Of a stretch of 64,000 bases of DNA, positions 44,277-53,918 are shown one piece after another. Made by a program: the position numbers and the translations under genes. The DNA comes from a virus: positions 1,566 to 65,565 of the IMG/VR virus record IMGVR_UViG_2888103098_000001; one strand, 5' to 3'. The first letter of the stretch is position 1; each line of letters opens with the position of its first letter. The notes below the pieces were generated by a model. The model was given only the letters and a program-made list of their open reading frames with translations. It did not search any database and was not told the DNA's origin.

Positions 44277-45209
44277 TCACGCTCGTTCTCCTGCCAATGT
44301 TTTGCGGTACTGCATCCACCCTTCGAGGTTGCCGTGCAGCTCGGGGTAGAGCCAGTGCCCATCCGGGTCCCGCCGATCGGGCATAGCCTGGTGCTCGGCC
44401 GGCGAGGCGTGCATCGGCCGGGCGCTGACCAGCGCGTCGTGCCGGGCCACCTCCTGCTCGATCGTCAGCTTCGCCTCGTGGAACGGGGTGTAGCTGACCT
44501 GGGCGCACCGGGTGACGGACACCATGATGGCGGTGGCCGCGTCCAGGATCCGCTCACCTGGTCGGGCGAAGCGCACCCGCTTCTCACCGGGCTCCGCGGA
44601 GTAGCCGATCACGCCGACCGCCTTGTCCTGGATCTCGGTGATGTAGGGGAGGTGCCAACCGCTCTCGCTGACGAAGTCCGGCTCCCCGTACGCCTCGACC
44701 GCCTCGCGCATTGCGATGGCTAGGTCCCGGATGTGGGGCTCGGACGCCGGGTCGATCCGCAGAGCGTTCCAGTTGGCCAGGTCGACCGTGGTGAGCACGG
44801 TGTCGATGTGCAGGAACGGGGCGAGGAGCCGGTTGGCGACCTGCTTGTGGTAGCCGGCGTCGGCGAAGGCGCCGGCCGCCTCCACGGCTCGATCCCGGGC
44901 CCAGAGCCAGGCCTCCTCGTTCAGCATGAAGTCGTCGGCGAGGTCGACCAGCTCGGTGCATTCCTCGGTGGCCTGCATGCCCTTCTGGTTGGCGCCCCAG
45001 TGGCGGGGGATGAACGGGGAGGTTCGCACCTCCTCGATCATCCGGGCGGTCGGGACCGCTCGGCTGGACCGGGCGTTCCGGGAGAACATCCTGTGGGTCA
45101 TCAGCTCCGCGTGGATCTGCAAAGGATACCGGAGCTGGAAGGTGGTGAGGGGAGGGGCGTCCTGGCCCACCGATCGGGCGAGCACCTTGGCTGAGGTCTG
45201 GCAGCTCAT
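44277..45209 (-). CDS. thyX: Flavin-dependent thymidylate synthase (phage ThyX-like)
   Basis: HAELMTHRMFSRNARSSRA motif, HKQVANRLL, ASPAEHQA. Confidence 0.85.
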   Translation of the reverse strand: MSCQTSAKVLARSVGQDAPPLTTFQLRYPLQIHAELMTHRMFSRNARSSRAVPTARMIEEVRTSPFIPRHWGANQKGMQATEECTELVDLADDFMLNEEAWLWARDRAVEAAGAFADAGYHKQVANRLLAPFLHIDTVLTTVDLANWNALRIDPASEPHIRDLAIAMREAVEAYGEPDFVSESGWHLPYITEIQDKAVGVIGYSAEPGEKRVRFARPGERILDAATAIMVSVTRCAQVSYTPFHEAKLTIEQEVARHDALVSARPMHASPAEHQAMPDRRDPDGHWLYPELHGNLEGWMQYRKTLAGERA

Positions 45210-45472
45210 TCGCGAAATCCTGCGAGGGTTTCCGAGACACGACCACCGTTCACACCGAAGTGGCGGCCGATCTCAGCGTAGGGGATGGTCGGGTTGTCCG
45301 AAGCGTACCGGCGAATGTCGCCACGCAGCTGCGGGGTCATCCGGCGGGATGTGATGGGCGCCCGGCGAACCGGGGCCCGGCGGCGCAGCTCGTCGGCCAG
45401 GCTGGCCAACTCGCTGTCACCGTCTTCTTGCGACTTCGCCCGCAGGCGGGCGGCGATCTCCGGGATGGTCAT
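45206..45472 (-). CDS. Small HTH protein
   Basis: C-terminal PYAEIGRHFGVNGGRVSETL helix-turn-helix; ATGA coupling with RNR. Confidence 0.65.
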   Translation of the reverse strand: MTIPEIAARLRAKSQEDGDSELASLADELRRRAPVRRAPITSRRMTPQLRGDIRRYASDNPTIPYAEIGRHFGVNGGRVSETLAGFRE

Positions 45473-47523
45473 CGGATGGGGCATGCTCCAGTGGCGCAGT
45501 CTTCGACCTCAAGCAGCTCAGCAGACTTGTCCGCCTCGATGTCGATCGGAAGAAGTTTTGCAGTGTACGTTTCGTACCGTTTGCGGGAGACACACTCCTG
45601 CGGCAAGTATTTGAAGCCGAGATCCTCCGCTGTTGCCAGCGGGTTGTTACGCCGGAGGAAGCTGACCCCGACGTATTCGTCCCAGTGCTCCATGAACCAG
45701 TCGACCATGGCCGGGATCTCGGCCTCGTCGAAGGACACCGTGATCGAGCAGTTGTGCTCGACGTAGTGGTTCATGAGCAGGCGGTAGCGCTCCAGCTGGC
45801 TGATCGCGCTCTCCTGGTTCACCTCCAGGTGCTCGCCAGCCGGCGACACCACCTCGGTGAACTTCGAGCTGGCTGGGTACTCGACCGGCCAGCACACCAA
45901 CATCCCGGTGGGGTCGTTGGGGTTGGGCTTCATCCGGTAGTTGGCGTTGTAGAAGTTCTGCAGCATGGGGTCGTTCACCGGGAAGTTCACCCAGTTGAAG
46001 ATCCACCGCGACAGGGCCAAGTGCGCGCCCTCGTGGACCTCGTCGCCCATCAGCCCGAGGGCCTTGGACGACGTGCCGGCTGGCTGCACCTGGGTGACGC
46101 GCCGCGCGCGCGGCGTGCCGAAGTCGTCGGCCATGCTGTTGGCCCCGGCGATGGCAGCATCGCGCACGGCCTCCAGCATCTCCGGGTTCTCGATGCCCTC
46201 CCAGGCCACGGCGCCGGTCGGCGACACGCCGCAGAGGCGCAGCAGCTTCTGCATGTCGTTCCACTGCAGCTGCAGCACGCCGTCGCGCATCGAGACGCAG
46301 GTCTGCCGGTAGTTGGCCCGGCCGGCCAGGTACTGCGCCCGCATCAGGCCCTTCAGGTCACCGTTGAAGCGGTGCCAGACGGTCTGCATCAGGTTGCAGA
46401 ACCCCTTGTTGGACAGGAGGATCTCGGCGCAGGGGTTGAGCCCCTCCATCTCCGGCGCGCGGCGCAGGGCGTGCTCCACGTTGACGAAGCCGGGCTCGCC
46501 GGTCGGCAGGATGCGGCGCAGCAGCTGCTCGATCACCTCGGCGGTCGGCTTCTTCAGGAAGCCGATCGAGTTGTTCGACTGCTCGCGCTGGCCCTCCCCC
46601 CGCTCCCAGCGGTCGGTCTTGAAGTCGATGTACCAGCCCAGCTCGGCCAGCAGCTCGTCCCAGCCGGTCGCCTCGGTGTTGATGAGGCAGATCTGCGCCG
46701 AGCGGCGCGAGCTGAGCACGGTGCCGAGCCAGTTGATCACGTCGATCAGCTCGCCCTTGGACAGCGTCCGGTGCGCGGCCGTCTGCATGATGGCGGCGAT
46801 GGCGGCCATGGCCTTCGCCAGCGGCTCCCAGCCGGACGAGATCCAACCGTAGCCGCGCAGGCGCTTGCCGCCGGGGCGCAGCTCGCTGAAGTCGAGGATC
46901 AGCTCGGACACCCGGGGCTTCTCCCCGAACAGCATGCCGATCGCCTTGGCCCAGCCCTTGGCGCTGTCGCCGAAGACGATGCGCCAGGTCCCAGCCTCCA
47001 TGTCGATGTGCTCGGAGCTGTGCTCCTGGCCGCCGCGCTCGGTGCGGAAGGACGGCGCCACCGTGACCTTGGTGAGCGAGCTGGGGAAGCCCGAGAGCAG
47101 GCCGGTCACCGGCTTGAAGCCGACGCCACAGCCGTTGAGCAGCAGCCAGAAGATGTCGACCAGGTCGGCCGGGGTGTAGGCGACGGAGAAGGAGCAGTTG
47201 AAGGCACCGGCAGCGCGCTCGCGCACCAGGGCGGTGCCGCCCATCCACTTCACCCGGCCGGAGACCGAGGCGCGCTTGGCTTCCATCAGCCCGCGCAGCT
47301 CGTGCAGCTCGTCTTCCTCGTCCTCGTTCAGGGCTCGCTGCAGCTGGGTCTCCCACAGCCAGCGCTGGTGCCCGACGACGCGGTCCATGGCCTGGTCGGG
47401 GGTCTCGAAGAGGTCTCCCTCCTCGTTCAGGGGGCGCAGGTAGGTACGCCGATGCACGAACTGAGCGCGCACCGATGGGGTGGTGTTGGTCAACATGATG
47501 CTCTGGGCGTTCTTACGGGCCAC
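45469..47523 (-). CDS. nrdJ: Class II (B12-dependent) ribonucleotide reductase
   Basis: AFNCSF, GCGVG, LNPCAEI..FCNL, QPAGTSS, C-terminal DCATGACPIR; no R2 subunit gene nearby; start may be ATG 47496. Confidence 0.9.
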   Translation of the reverse strand: MARKNAQSIMLTNTTPSVRAQFVHRRTYLRPLNEEGDLFETPDQAMDRVVGHQRWLWETQLQRALNEDEEDELHELRGLMEAKRASVSGRVKWMGGTALVRERAAGAFNCSFSVAYTPADLVDIFWLLLNGCGVGFKPVTGLLSGFPSSLTKVTVAPSFRTERGGQEHSSEHIDMEAGTWRIVFGDSAKGWAKAIGMLFGEKPRVSELILDFSELRPGGKRLRGYGWISSGWEPLAKAMAAIAAIMQTAAHRTLSKGELIDVINWLGTVLSSRRSAQICLINTEATGWDELLAELGWYIDFKTDRWERGEGQREQSNNSIGFLKKPTAEVIEQLLRRILPTGEPGFVNVEHALRRAPEMEGLNPCAEILLSNKGFCNLMQTVWHRFNGDLKGLMRAQYLAGRANYRQTCVSMRDGVLQLQWNDMQKLLRLCGVSPTGAVAWEGIENPEMLEAVRDAAIAGANSMADDFGTPRARRVTQVQPAGTSSKALGLMGDEVHEGAHLALSRWIFNWVNFPVNDPMLQNFYNANYRMKPNPNDPTGMLVCWPVEYPASSKFTEVVSPAGEHLEVNQESAISQLERYRLLMNHYVEHNCSITVSFDEAEIPAMVDWFMEHWDEYVGVSFLRRNNPLATAEDLGFKYLPQECVSRKRYETYTAKLLPIDIEADKSAELLEVEDCATGACPIR

Positions 47524-47532
47524 AAGATATGG

Positions 47533-47563
47533 GAGCGCACGGTACGAATTTGACCGTGCGCTC
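47533..47563. promoter_or_regulatory. Extended inverted repeat containing a degenerate class A site, upstream of RNR
   Basis: GAGCGCACGGT-ACGAATTTG-ACCGTGCGCTC. Confidence 0.6.
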
Positions 47564-47571
47564 GGGACAAA

Positions 47572-48672
47572 TCAGGCCGCCTCGGCGACCTGGTCGGGAC
47601 GGTCGAAGTCGATCGCCACGGGGAAGCGGGGCATGCCGTCCGGGGTCGGGGTGAAGAACCGCACCGTTACGGATGTGCCCACCAGCTCGCTGGCGCGGGC
47701 CAGGAGCGCCTTCGCCTGCTCGGCGGTGCCACGGATGCCGCCGCCGCACTCGCGACCGTCAGCGAGCTTGAAGCGGACGCGCTTGGCCAGGCCGGCCCAG
47801 TTGCCATTGCCGGCCTCGATCGCGACCAGCTCGAACTCCGCGGTCTCGAACTCCTTCCGCTTCAGCAGGTTCTTCGAGCGCTTGCGCTCGTACTCGCCGT
47901 CGAGCCGGACGATCTGGCCCTCGTAGCCGTCCTCCAGGTAGGTAGCGTAGGCCCGGTCGAGCTGCTCCTGCGACGTGACCTCGACGGTGGGGACCAGCAC
48001 GATCTCCTTGGCCCCGAGGCTCTCGACGAACAGCTCCAGGGTGTTGAACCGCTGCCCGAAAGTCTTCCCCGGACGGTACAAATCGTACACATGGAACTGG
48101 GCAACAGAAGCCGCCTCAGCGATGTCTGCATCGGTCGGCTTCGACTTGCGCAGGACCGACATCAGCTTGTTGAAGTTGTCGTGCAGCTCGTGGTTATACA
48201 GCTCGCCGTCGATCTCCAGGTCCGGGGTGCTCACGAACGCCGGCGCCAGGATGGCGAAGATGTGCGGGCACGACAGGATCGGCTTGCCAGTCCGGCTCCA
48301 CATGCCGTGGCGGTTCATCTTGCAGCGCATGCCGTCGAGCTTGGGCTGGGAGAAGCAGGCGCCCGGGAAGGTCTCGTACTTGTGGGCGAGCATCACCTTG
48401 CCACCGCTGTCGCGGACGTCATCCACGCCGCCAACCGTGAGCGAATAGTCCTTGTCGAGCTTCTTCCCCATCTCGGCCTCGGCCTCGAACAGCGCCTGCT
48501 CGGCAGCGGTCGGCTTCGACTTCGGGTTGCAGGTCGTCCAGCCGGAGGTGACGAGCTGGCCGCCGACGATGCCACTCTGCGAGCACCAGGCGCCGTCAGT
48601 CTGGTCGACCTGGTACTGCCAACTGCGGATGTTGCCGTTGGTGTCGCGCTTGTATATGCGAGGACCGTGCAT
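47572..48672 (-). CDS. ATP-dependent DNA ligase
   Basis: QPKLDGMRC (KxDG), IDGELY, FHVYDL, YEGQIVR, NLLKRK, RFPV. Confidence 0.93.
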   Translation of the reverse strand: MHGPRIYKRDTNGNIRSWQYQVDQTDGAWCSQSGIVGGQLVTSGWTTCNPKSKPTAAEQALFEAEAEMGKKLDKDYSLTVGGVDDVRDSGGKVMLAHKYETFPGACFSQPKLDGMRCKMNRHGMWSRTGKPILSCPHIFAILAPAFVSTPDLEIDGELYNHELHDNFNKLMSVLRKSKPTDADIAEAASVAQFHVYDLYRPGKTFGQRFNTLELFVESLGAKEIVLVPTVEVTSQEQLDRAYATYLEDGYEGQIVRLDGEYERKRSKNLLKRKEFETAEFELVAIEAGNGNWAGLAKRVRFKLADGRECGGGIRGTAEQAKALLARASELVGTSVTVRFFTPTPDGMPRFPVAIDFDRPDQVAEAA

Positions 48673-48681
48673 GTTGATCTC

Positions 48682-49176
48682 CTAGAACCTGGCGAATTTG
48701 CCCGCGTGTTTCACTGCAGCTTCTTGGTAACAGGCAGATGCTTCTTGAGGCGTACGGAATGAACCGAGATAAGTTGATTTCTTGTCTATCCGTATCTTTG
48801 CAACCCAGCCGTGACGACCTCGAGTGACGCCTTTGAAGCCTGATTTATTTTGACCAAGCTTCCTGTTGTATTGGTTTTGCGACTTGGTAGCCTCCCGTAA
48901 ATTCTCAATCCAGTTGTGACTTTTGACGGTGTCCTCGTGATCAATGTCCAGCGTGGGCCATTCACCGTAGGTCATGTACCAAGCCAGATGATGTTCTTTG
49001 TAGATCACACCATCAATTCGGATCTGCCGGTAGTCATTACTCGGCGTTCCTGCTCTCGCTCCGGCCTGTGCTCGACTACCTCGCGTCACCTTCCAGGTGA
49101 AGATCCCGGTGAGCGGATCATAAGCGAGCAGGTCATTGACCCGCGCCAGGTTCGGAGCAGCCTGCGTTCTACTCAT
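48682..49176 (-). CDS. HNH homing endonuclease (AP2-like tail)
   Basis: YKEHHLAW...IDHEDTVKSHNWIENLR; SGFKGV...YLGSFRT. Confidence 0.9.
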   Translation of the reverse strand: MSRTQAAPNLARVNDLLAYDPLTGIFTWKVTRGSRAQAGARAGTPSNDYRQIRIDGVIYKEHHLAWYMTYGEWPTLDIDHEDTVKSHNWIENLREATKSQNQYNRKLGQNKSGFKGVTRGRHGWVAKIRIDKKSTYLGSFRTPQEASACYQEAAVKHAGKFARF

Positions 49177-52094
49177 GCCGCCTCCTTCATGCGGGTGCGC
49201 TGCTGCTTCAGGTACTCGACCACGTCGAGGATGCCCTGGTCGTCGAGGCGCTTGCCGGCGCGCTCTTTGCCGACCACGGCCGCTTCCGGCTCGAACAGCT
49301 CGATCTGTCCGCCGTAGGCCTTCTTCTCGTTCCACGGCTCAAAGGTCACGCCGATGGCCGGCGAGCTATCGAGCTTGCAGTTCTTGAAGATGTCACCGTG
49401 GTCGATCATGATCCGGTGCGCGTTCCTGATGAACGGCACCGCAAGATCCTGGTGAACCGACCAGACAAGCTCGTCGTGGATCGGGACCAGGAAGCGGAAC
49501 TCGCGATTGGTCCAGCCGAGCGACTGGAAATACTGGATCGTGCGGACGATCGAGCGCTTCGCGAGGGTGGCGCACGTCCCCTGAATGAGGGCGTTCACCG
49601 TCTGGTTGCCGGCGCGCTTCTGGATCTTGCGCATGACCCAGCGGATGACCTGGTTGTAGTTCTCGGCCCCCAGCGTGGTGAGCATGAACTTGTCACACCA
49701 GTCCGAGGCCCAGAGGTTGGTGGCCTCATAGCGGACGTAGCGGTGGCCATCCGGCAGGGTGACGTAGCCGAGCGCGTTCACGTCCGAGATCTGCTGGACG
49801 CGCCAGGCCTCGGCCACCGGGAACTGCCCGCGGTAGGCCTCGGTGGCGTCGGCGGTCTTCTGCTGCGACCACCCGGCCCGCTCGCCGATCGTGGCCAGCC
49901 AGCCGGAGTAGAAGTAGTTGAAGTTCGCCTCCTTGCCGAAGACCGTCCGCCAGTAGCCGTAGGCCTTGGCGGCATCGAGCAGCTCGCCCTTCAGGTTGGT
50001 CATCAGGCGCGGCAGCCGATCCGCCTTGCCCTCGCTGGCCTTGAGCCAGTCCTGCCAGCTCGACATGCCCTTGAGCGTCTTGAACAGCTCCAGGTTCATG
50101 CCGGGGCAGTCGAGCGCGAGGAGCGCGGTGGCGGTGCCGGCGTGCAGATCCTGGTGCGGGATCTGTCCGAAGGCCTTTAAGAACTCCGGGTCACCGGAGA
50201 ACTCGCCGATCTCCACCAGCTCCACGCCCGACCAGTCGAGCGAGCAGAGCAGGTGGTCGTCGTAGTCGCCGACGTAGAAGCCGCGGACGTAGGCGGCCTC
50301 GCCGCGCTTGCCGAGCTGCATGGCGTTCGGGAACGAACACGCCATCCGGCGGGTGGCCAGCATGCTGGTGACCTGCGGGTACATACGGCCCGTCTCCGGG
50401 TCGGTCAGCATCCCGTAGGGGGTGAGGAACAGCTTCATGCGCTGCTCGACGCCCGACAGCCGGTTCAGGCAGTCGACCACCTTCAGGGCGTAGCGGTTGT
50501 GGTAAACGGCGAAGGGCTCCAGGTCCTCGCGCGCCGGCTTCTCAGCCGCCTCGATCCGGGCCCAGCGCGCGTCGTTCTCCTCGAACACCACGCCCGCGGC
50601 CAGACCATCCTCGCCGCCCGCGCTCATGCGGATGGCCAGCTCGCCCTGCACGCCGTTGAAGGCATCGACCAGCTGGTCCTTGGTGAGGTGCTTGCCGTCC
50701 TTCAGCCGGTCGACGATGCGCCCGCGGGCCTCACCGTCCGACGCCACCTTGCCCTTCGACACCACGACGTGGCAGCCGAGCAGGTCGTAGAGCACTGACC
50801 GGACCGGCATGAAGTGGGAGAGGTTGACCCCCTTCAGGGTCTTCTCGTTGACGCCCTGCTCGGCCGCCCAGCCGTTGGTGACGGGGCCGCGGACCTGGAG
50901 CAGCTGCTGGTAGTCGTCCTCACTGTCAGGGGCGTCGAGCCAGGCTTGAACGCGGTCGCGATAGACCTGGGCGTTCTTCACGTACCAGCTCTCGTACTTC
51001 AGGAGCTGGGGGACGAGCGCGGTGGGCCAGTCGAACCAGCGTGCGGCCTCCTTCATCTCGCGGAGGATCTGCGAGGCGTTGGCCCGCTCGGCCTCCGTGC
51101 GCTGCCGGATGGCCGGGACGTTCACCCGCATGCCGTGGATGGCAATCGAAGAGAACACCTGGGGCATCACGTTCTCCTGGGTGAAGAACGTGTTGACCAG
51201 CGCGCTGCCGCCGTTGCGCAGCATGTAGGTGAGCAGCAGGCGGAACAGGCGGACGGCCCAGTACGCATCGTCGGCGCCGTAGGCGGCGACCTGCTCACCC
51301 GACACCATGCCCATGTGGGCCTCGCCGTCGAGCGTCTCCTCGAACGTCCGCATCTGGACGCCGAAGTGGGAGCGCACCGCCTGCTTCAAGCCGTAGCCGT
51401 AGGCGATCGAGGAGACGAAGCCGTTCCAGCTGAAGCTCGCTTTGCTGGACTTGCCGATGATCTTGAAGACCAGCTCGGTTAGGGCCGGCGACATCTCGCC
51501 GGTCTCCTTGTTCCAGCCGGTCGTGGATGCGTGGATGAGCTGGTTCACCAGCTGGCCGATGTCACCCTGGCCTGCGGCCTGCCAGGCATCCATCGAATAG
51601 GTGTCCGGGCCATAGGCCGAGACCGCCTGGGTCATCGTGCAGATGATCGACCCGGGACGGAAGTCGAAGTCGAGGGCCGCCTTGCAGACGGTCTGCTCGA
51701 AGGCGCTGTTGTGAGCTACGAAATACGCACCCTCGGGCAGGCTCTCCAGGAGGCTCTTCAGCAGCTCGACCGGCAGCCGGTTCTCCACATCACTGTGGCC
51801 GAAATTCACATAGTAAGCACGGTCGGGCGCCTCTTCCGAGTAGAACGACGCGCCGCAGATGACTGTCCGGCGCCAGTCGAACACAGTCTTGCTGGTCTTC
51901 GACTTGTAGCCTTCGTCATTATACTTACAGAAGCGATTGAGACCCTCGTGACGCTTGCTGTCCTCGGTCTCCAGATCGAAGCCGACGAACTCTGACCGCT
52001 GGATGAGAGCGCGGATCTCCTCGATCACCTCGGGGTTGCGGGCGTCCACCAGGACGGTGCGCGGCTCGACCGCGACTGGCTTGTGCATGTTCAT
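49173..52094 (-). CDS. polA: Family A DNA polymerase with 3'-5' exonuclease domain
   Basis: FDLETED (Exo I), AHNSAFE (Exo II), YGADDA (Exo III), motif A SLDWSGVEL, motif B KEANFNYFY, motif C VPIHDELV. Confidence 0.93.
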   Translation of the reverse strand: MNMHKPVAVEPRTVLVDARNPEVIEEIRALIQRSEFVGFDLETEDSKRHEGLNRFCKYNDEGYKSKTSKTVFDWRRTVICGASFYSEEAPDRAYYVNFGHSDVENRLPVELLKSLLESLPEGAYFVAHNSAFEQTVCKAALDFDFRPGSIICTMTQAVSAYGPDTYSMDAWQAAGQGDIGQLVNQLIHASTTGWNKETGEMSPALTELVFKIIGKSSKASFSWNGFVSSIAYGYGLKQAVRSHFGVQMRTFEETLDGEAHMGMVSGEQVAAYGADDAYWAVRLFRLLLTYMLRNGGSALVNTFFTQENVMPQVFSSIAIHGMRVNVPAIRQRTEAERANASQILREMKEAARWFDWPTALVPQLLKYESWYVKNAQVYRDRVQAWLDAPDSEDDYQQLLQVRGPVTNGWAAEQGVNEKTLKGVNLSHFMPVRSVLYDLLGCHVVVSKGKVASDGEARGRIVDRLKDGKHLTKDQLVDAFNGVQGELAIRMSAGGEDGLAAGVVFEENDARWARIEAAEKPAREDLEPFAVYHNRYALKVVDCLNRLSGVEQRMKLFLTPYGMLTDPETGRMYPQVTSMLATRRMACSFPNAMQLGKRGEAAYVRGFYVGDYDDHLLCSLDWSGVELVEIGEFSGDPEFLKAFGQIPHQDLHAGTATALLALDCPGMNLELFKTLKGMSSWQDWLKASEGKADRLPRLMTNLKGELLDAAKAYGYWRTVFGKEANFNYFYSGWLATIGERAGWSQQKTADATEAYRGQFPVAEAWRVQQISDVNALGYVTLPDGHRYVRYEATNLWASDWCDKFMLTTLGAENYNQVIRWVMRKIQKRAGNQTVNALIQGTCATLAKRSIVRTIQYFQSLGWTNREFRFLVPIHDELVWSVHQDLAVPFIRNAHRIMIDHGDIFKNCKLDSSPAIGVTFEPWNEKKAYGGQIELFEPEAAVVGKERAGKRLDDQGILDVVEYLKQQRTRMKEAA

Positions 52095-52609
52095 TGGAAA
52101 TGTCCCATGCTCTCGTTGGTGGGGAAGCGGCCCTCTCCGAAGGTCGCGACGACATAGGTATCGTATGCACGCGCCGCGTCGGCGGCTGTGTCGAATGTTC
52201 CCAAGTATTTGTACTTCTTGTCGACGACTATCTGTCCGGTAAACCGCTTGCCGTTCCGCATCACACCTTTGAAGCCCGTCGAATTTCGGCTCACTCTGTT
52301 CCGAGCGTTGGCGCCTTTATCCGTGTCGATGAGGTTCTCGTAGATGTTGTTGCTGGTGTTGCGGTCGTGGTGATCCACGATCCCCGCCGGCCACTCGCCT
52401 TTGACCAGGGCCACCGCGATGATGTGGCCGTAGTAGATCTTCGAGCTGATCTGGATCTGCAGGTAGCCGGCCGAGTTCCAGCTACCGGCCGGGGCGCCGG
52501 CCGGGATCCCGTAGTTGGGCGAGACCTTCCAGAAGATCTCACCCGTCTGCGGGTTGTAGTCGAGCAGCTCGCGCAGGCGGGCCACCGAGATGCGGGGACG
52601 CCTGGCCAT
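52094..52609 (-). CDS. HNH homing endonuclease (AP2-like tail)
   Basis: YYGHIIA...VDHHDRNTSNNIYENL; STGFKGV...YLGTFDTAADAARAYD. Confidence 0.9.
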
Positions 52610-53421
52610 CAGTGCATGAACCTCCGCAGCACGGCGTCGCCGGCCGCTGCGTTCTCGGTCCCGGTGGCGAGGTTTCGGTGCCAGTCGTCCGGCATCGGCA
52701 GGAAGCCGACGATCTGCCAGAAGGCGCGGAGCTGCTCGGCCTGGTCGGGCTCGCACATGCGGCCGGCCATCGCCTCCTTCACGCCGGCCTCGACGAACAG
52801 CGCCGGCCGGGGGCGGCCGTCGACCAGCTCCTGCATGGCGGCCTGGAGCAGGTCCGGCAGGCAGCGGGCGAAGGCCTTGCCGCCGAAGCCCGGCATCCCG
52901 GGGATCTTGTCCGAGGGATCGCCGCAGAGCGCCTTGAACAGGCGGATGTGGCAGGGCTCGACGAGCACGTCCTTGGTGTGGTCCGCCGGATCCATGACGA
53001 TCTTGAGCGGCTTCACGTCGACCCGGACCCGGTCGCGTTGGAGCGCGAGCAGGTCGCGGTCGATGGTGTGGACCAGCACGTCCTGCGTGCTGCCGTAGGT
53101 GTCGCAGAGGTGGGCGATCACGTCGTCCGCCTCACGGCCCGGGACCGCCACCTGGATCGCCCGGGTGTGGGCGAGGGCGTCCCGGGTCAGGTCGATCAGG
53201 GCGCGCAGGCCGTCCGTCAGGGAGGAGGGGCGGTCCTTGTAGCCGGGGTAGATTGCCCGGCGGGCCTTGATCGAGCCGGTGCCCTCGAAGCACCACACGG
53301 CCACGTCACCGGGCCGGAGCTGGAGCATCTCGCTGAACACCGTCCTCGGCCCGCGGCCGAGGTGGTCCGTATCGAAGCGGCGCCGGAGCACGGCCATGCC
53401 GTCGAAGATCTGGATGCTCAT
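52609..53421 (-). CDS. 5'-3' (flap) exonuclease
   Basis: IFDG, YPGYK, EADDVI, TIDRDL, GDPSDKIPG.PGFGGK helix-3-turn-helix motif. Confidence 0.9.
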   Translation of the reverse strand: MSIQIFDGMAVLRRRFDTDHLGRGPRTVFSEMLQLRPGDVAVWCFEGTGSIKARRAIYPGYKDRPSSLTDGLRALIDLTRDALAHTRAIQVAVPGREADDVIAHLCDTYGSTQDVLVHTIDRDLLALQRDRVRVDVKPLKIVMDPADHTKDVLVEPCHIRLFKALCGDPSDKIPGMPGFGGKAFARCLPDLLQAAMQELVDGRPRPALFVEAGVKEAMAGRMCEPDQAEQLRAFWQIVGFLPMPDDWHRNLATGTENAAAGDAVLRRFMH

Positions 53422-53828
53422 CAGTAGTCGGTCCAGCGTGCGGGCGGCTGCCGGAAGCGCGCGTCCTGGCGCGCATCCAGGCGGCGCGCGGCGCCACGGC
53501 GCTCGACGAACTCGACGACACCCCACCAGATCAGGGCGCAGATGATGCTGACCGTGCCGGCGTAGAGGAAGAAGATGCCCAGCTTGGCCAGCAGCCAGCC
53601 GGTGAGCGGGACCGGCCAGGCGAGCAGGTAGGCCCAGGACCAGAGGTCGTCGCTCTCGAAGCGCGGGCTCAGTAGCCAGGCGTGGACCAGGGCGCCGACG
53701 CCCAGGTACTTCGCGACGCTGAACAGATGCCGCACCAGGGGGCGGCGGTTGAAATTGGCCTCCTGGCAGAGGGTGGTGAAGGTCTCACGGTCGACGGAGA
53801 TCTGGGATGGCTTCTCGTTCTCGTTCAC
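53421..53828 (-). CDS. Membrane protein
   Basis: Two hydrophobic segments; GAGGT RBS before GTG 53828. Confidence 0.6.
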   Translation of the reverse strand: MNENEKPSQISVDRETFTTLCQEANFNRRPLVRHLFSVAKYLGVGALVHAWLLSPRFESDDLWSWAYLLAWPVPLTGWLLAKLGIFFLYAGTVSIICALIWWGVVEFVERRGAARRLDARQDARFRQPPARWTDY

Positions 53829-53856
53829 AGGGCACCTCGGTACGAAACGGACGGAC

Positions 53857-53889
53857 AAAAAAGCCCGTGCCTCGGGCGAGACACGGGCT
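53857..53889 (-). terminator. Intrinsic terminator (minus strand)
   Basis: AGCCCGTG...CACGGGCT followed by TTTTT on the minus strand; abuts the class A site at 53839-53853. Confidence 0.8.
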
Positions 53890-53918
53890 GGAAGTCAGGG
53901 CCTAGGCCCGGGTGGCGC

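Noticed and set aside
48750-48765. Further weak class A-like match (CGTACGGAATGAACC) inside the HNH gene
   Set aside because: About 11/15 with the conserved half-site damaged and no extended dyad; compatible with chance
48682-52609. Group I introns or inteins associated with the HNH genes, polA, RNR or terL
   Set aside because: HNH ORFs sit between complete genes with start/stop overlaps. Host genes read continuously, and no intein C...HN boundaries were noticed.
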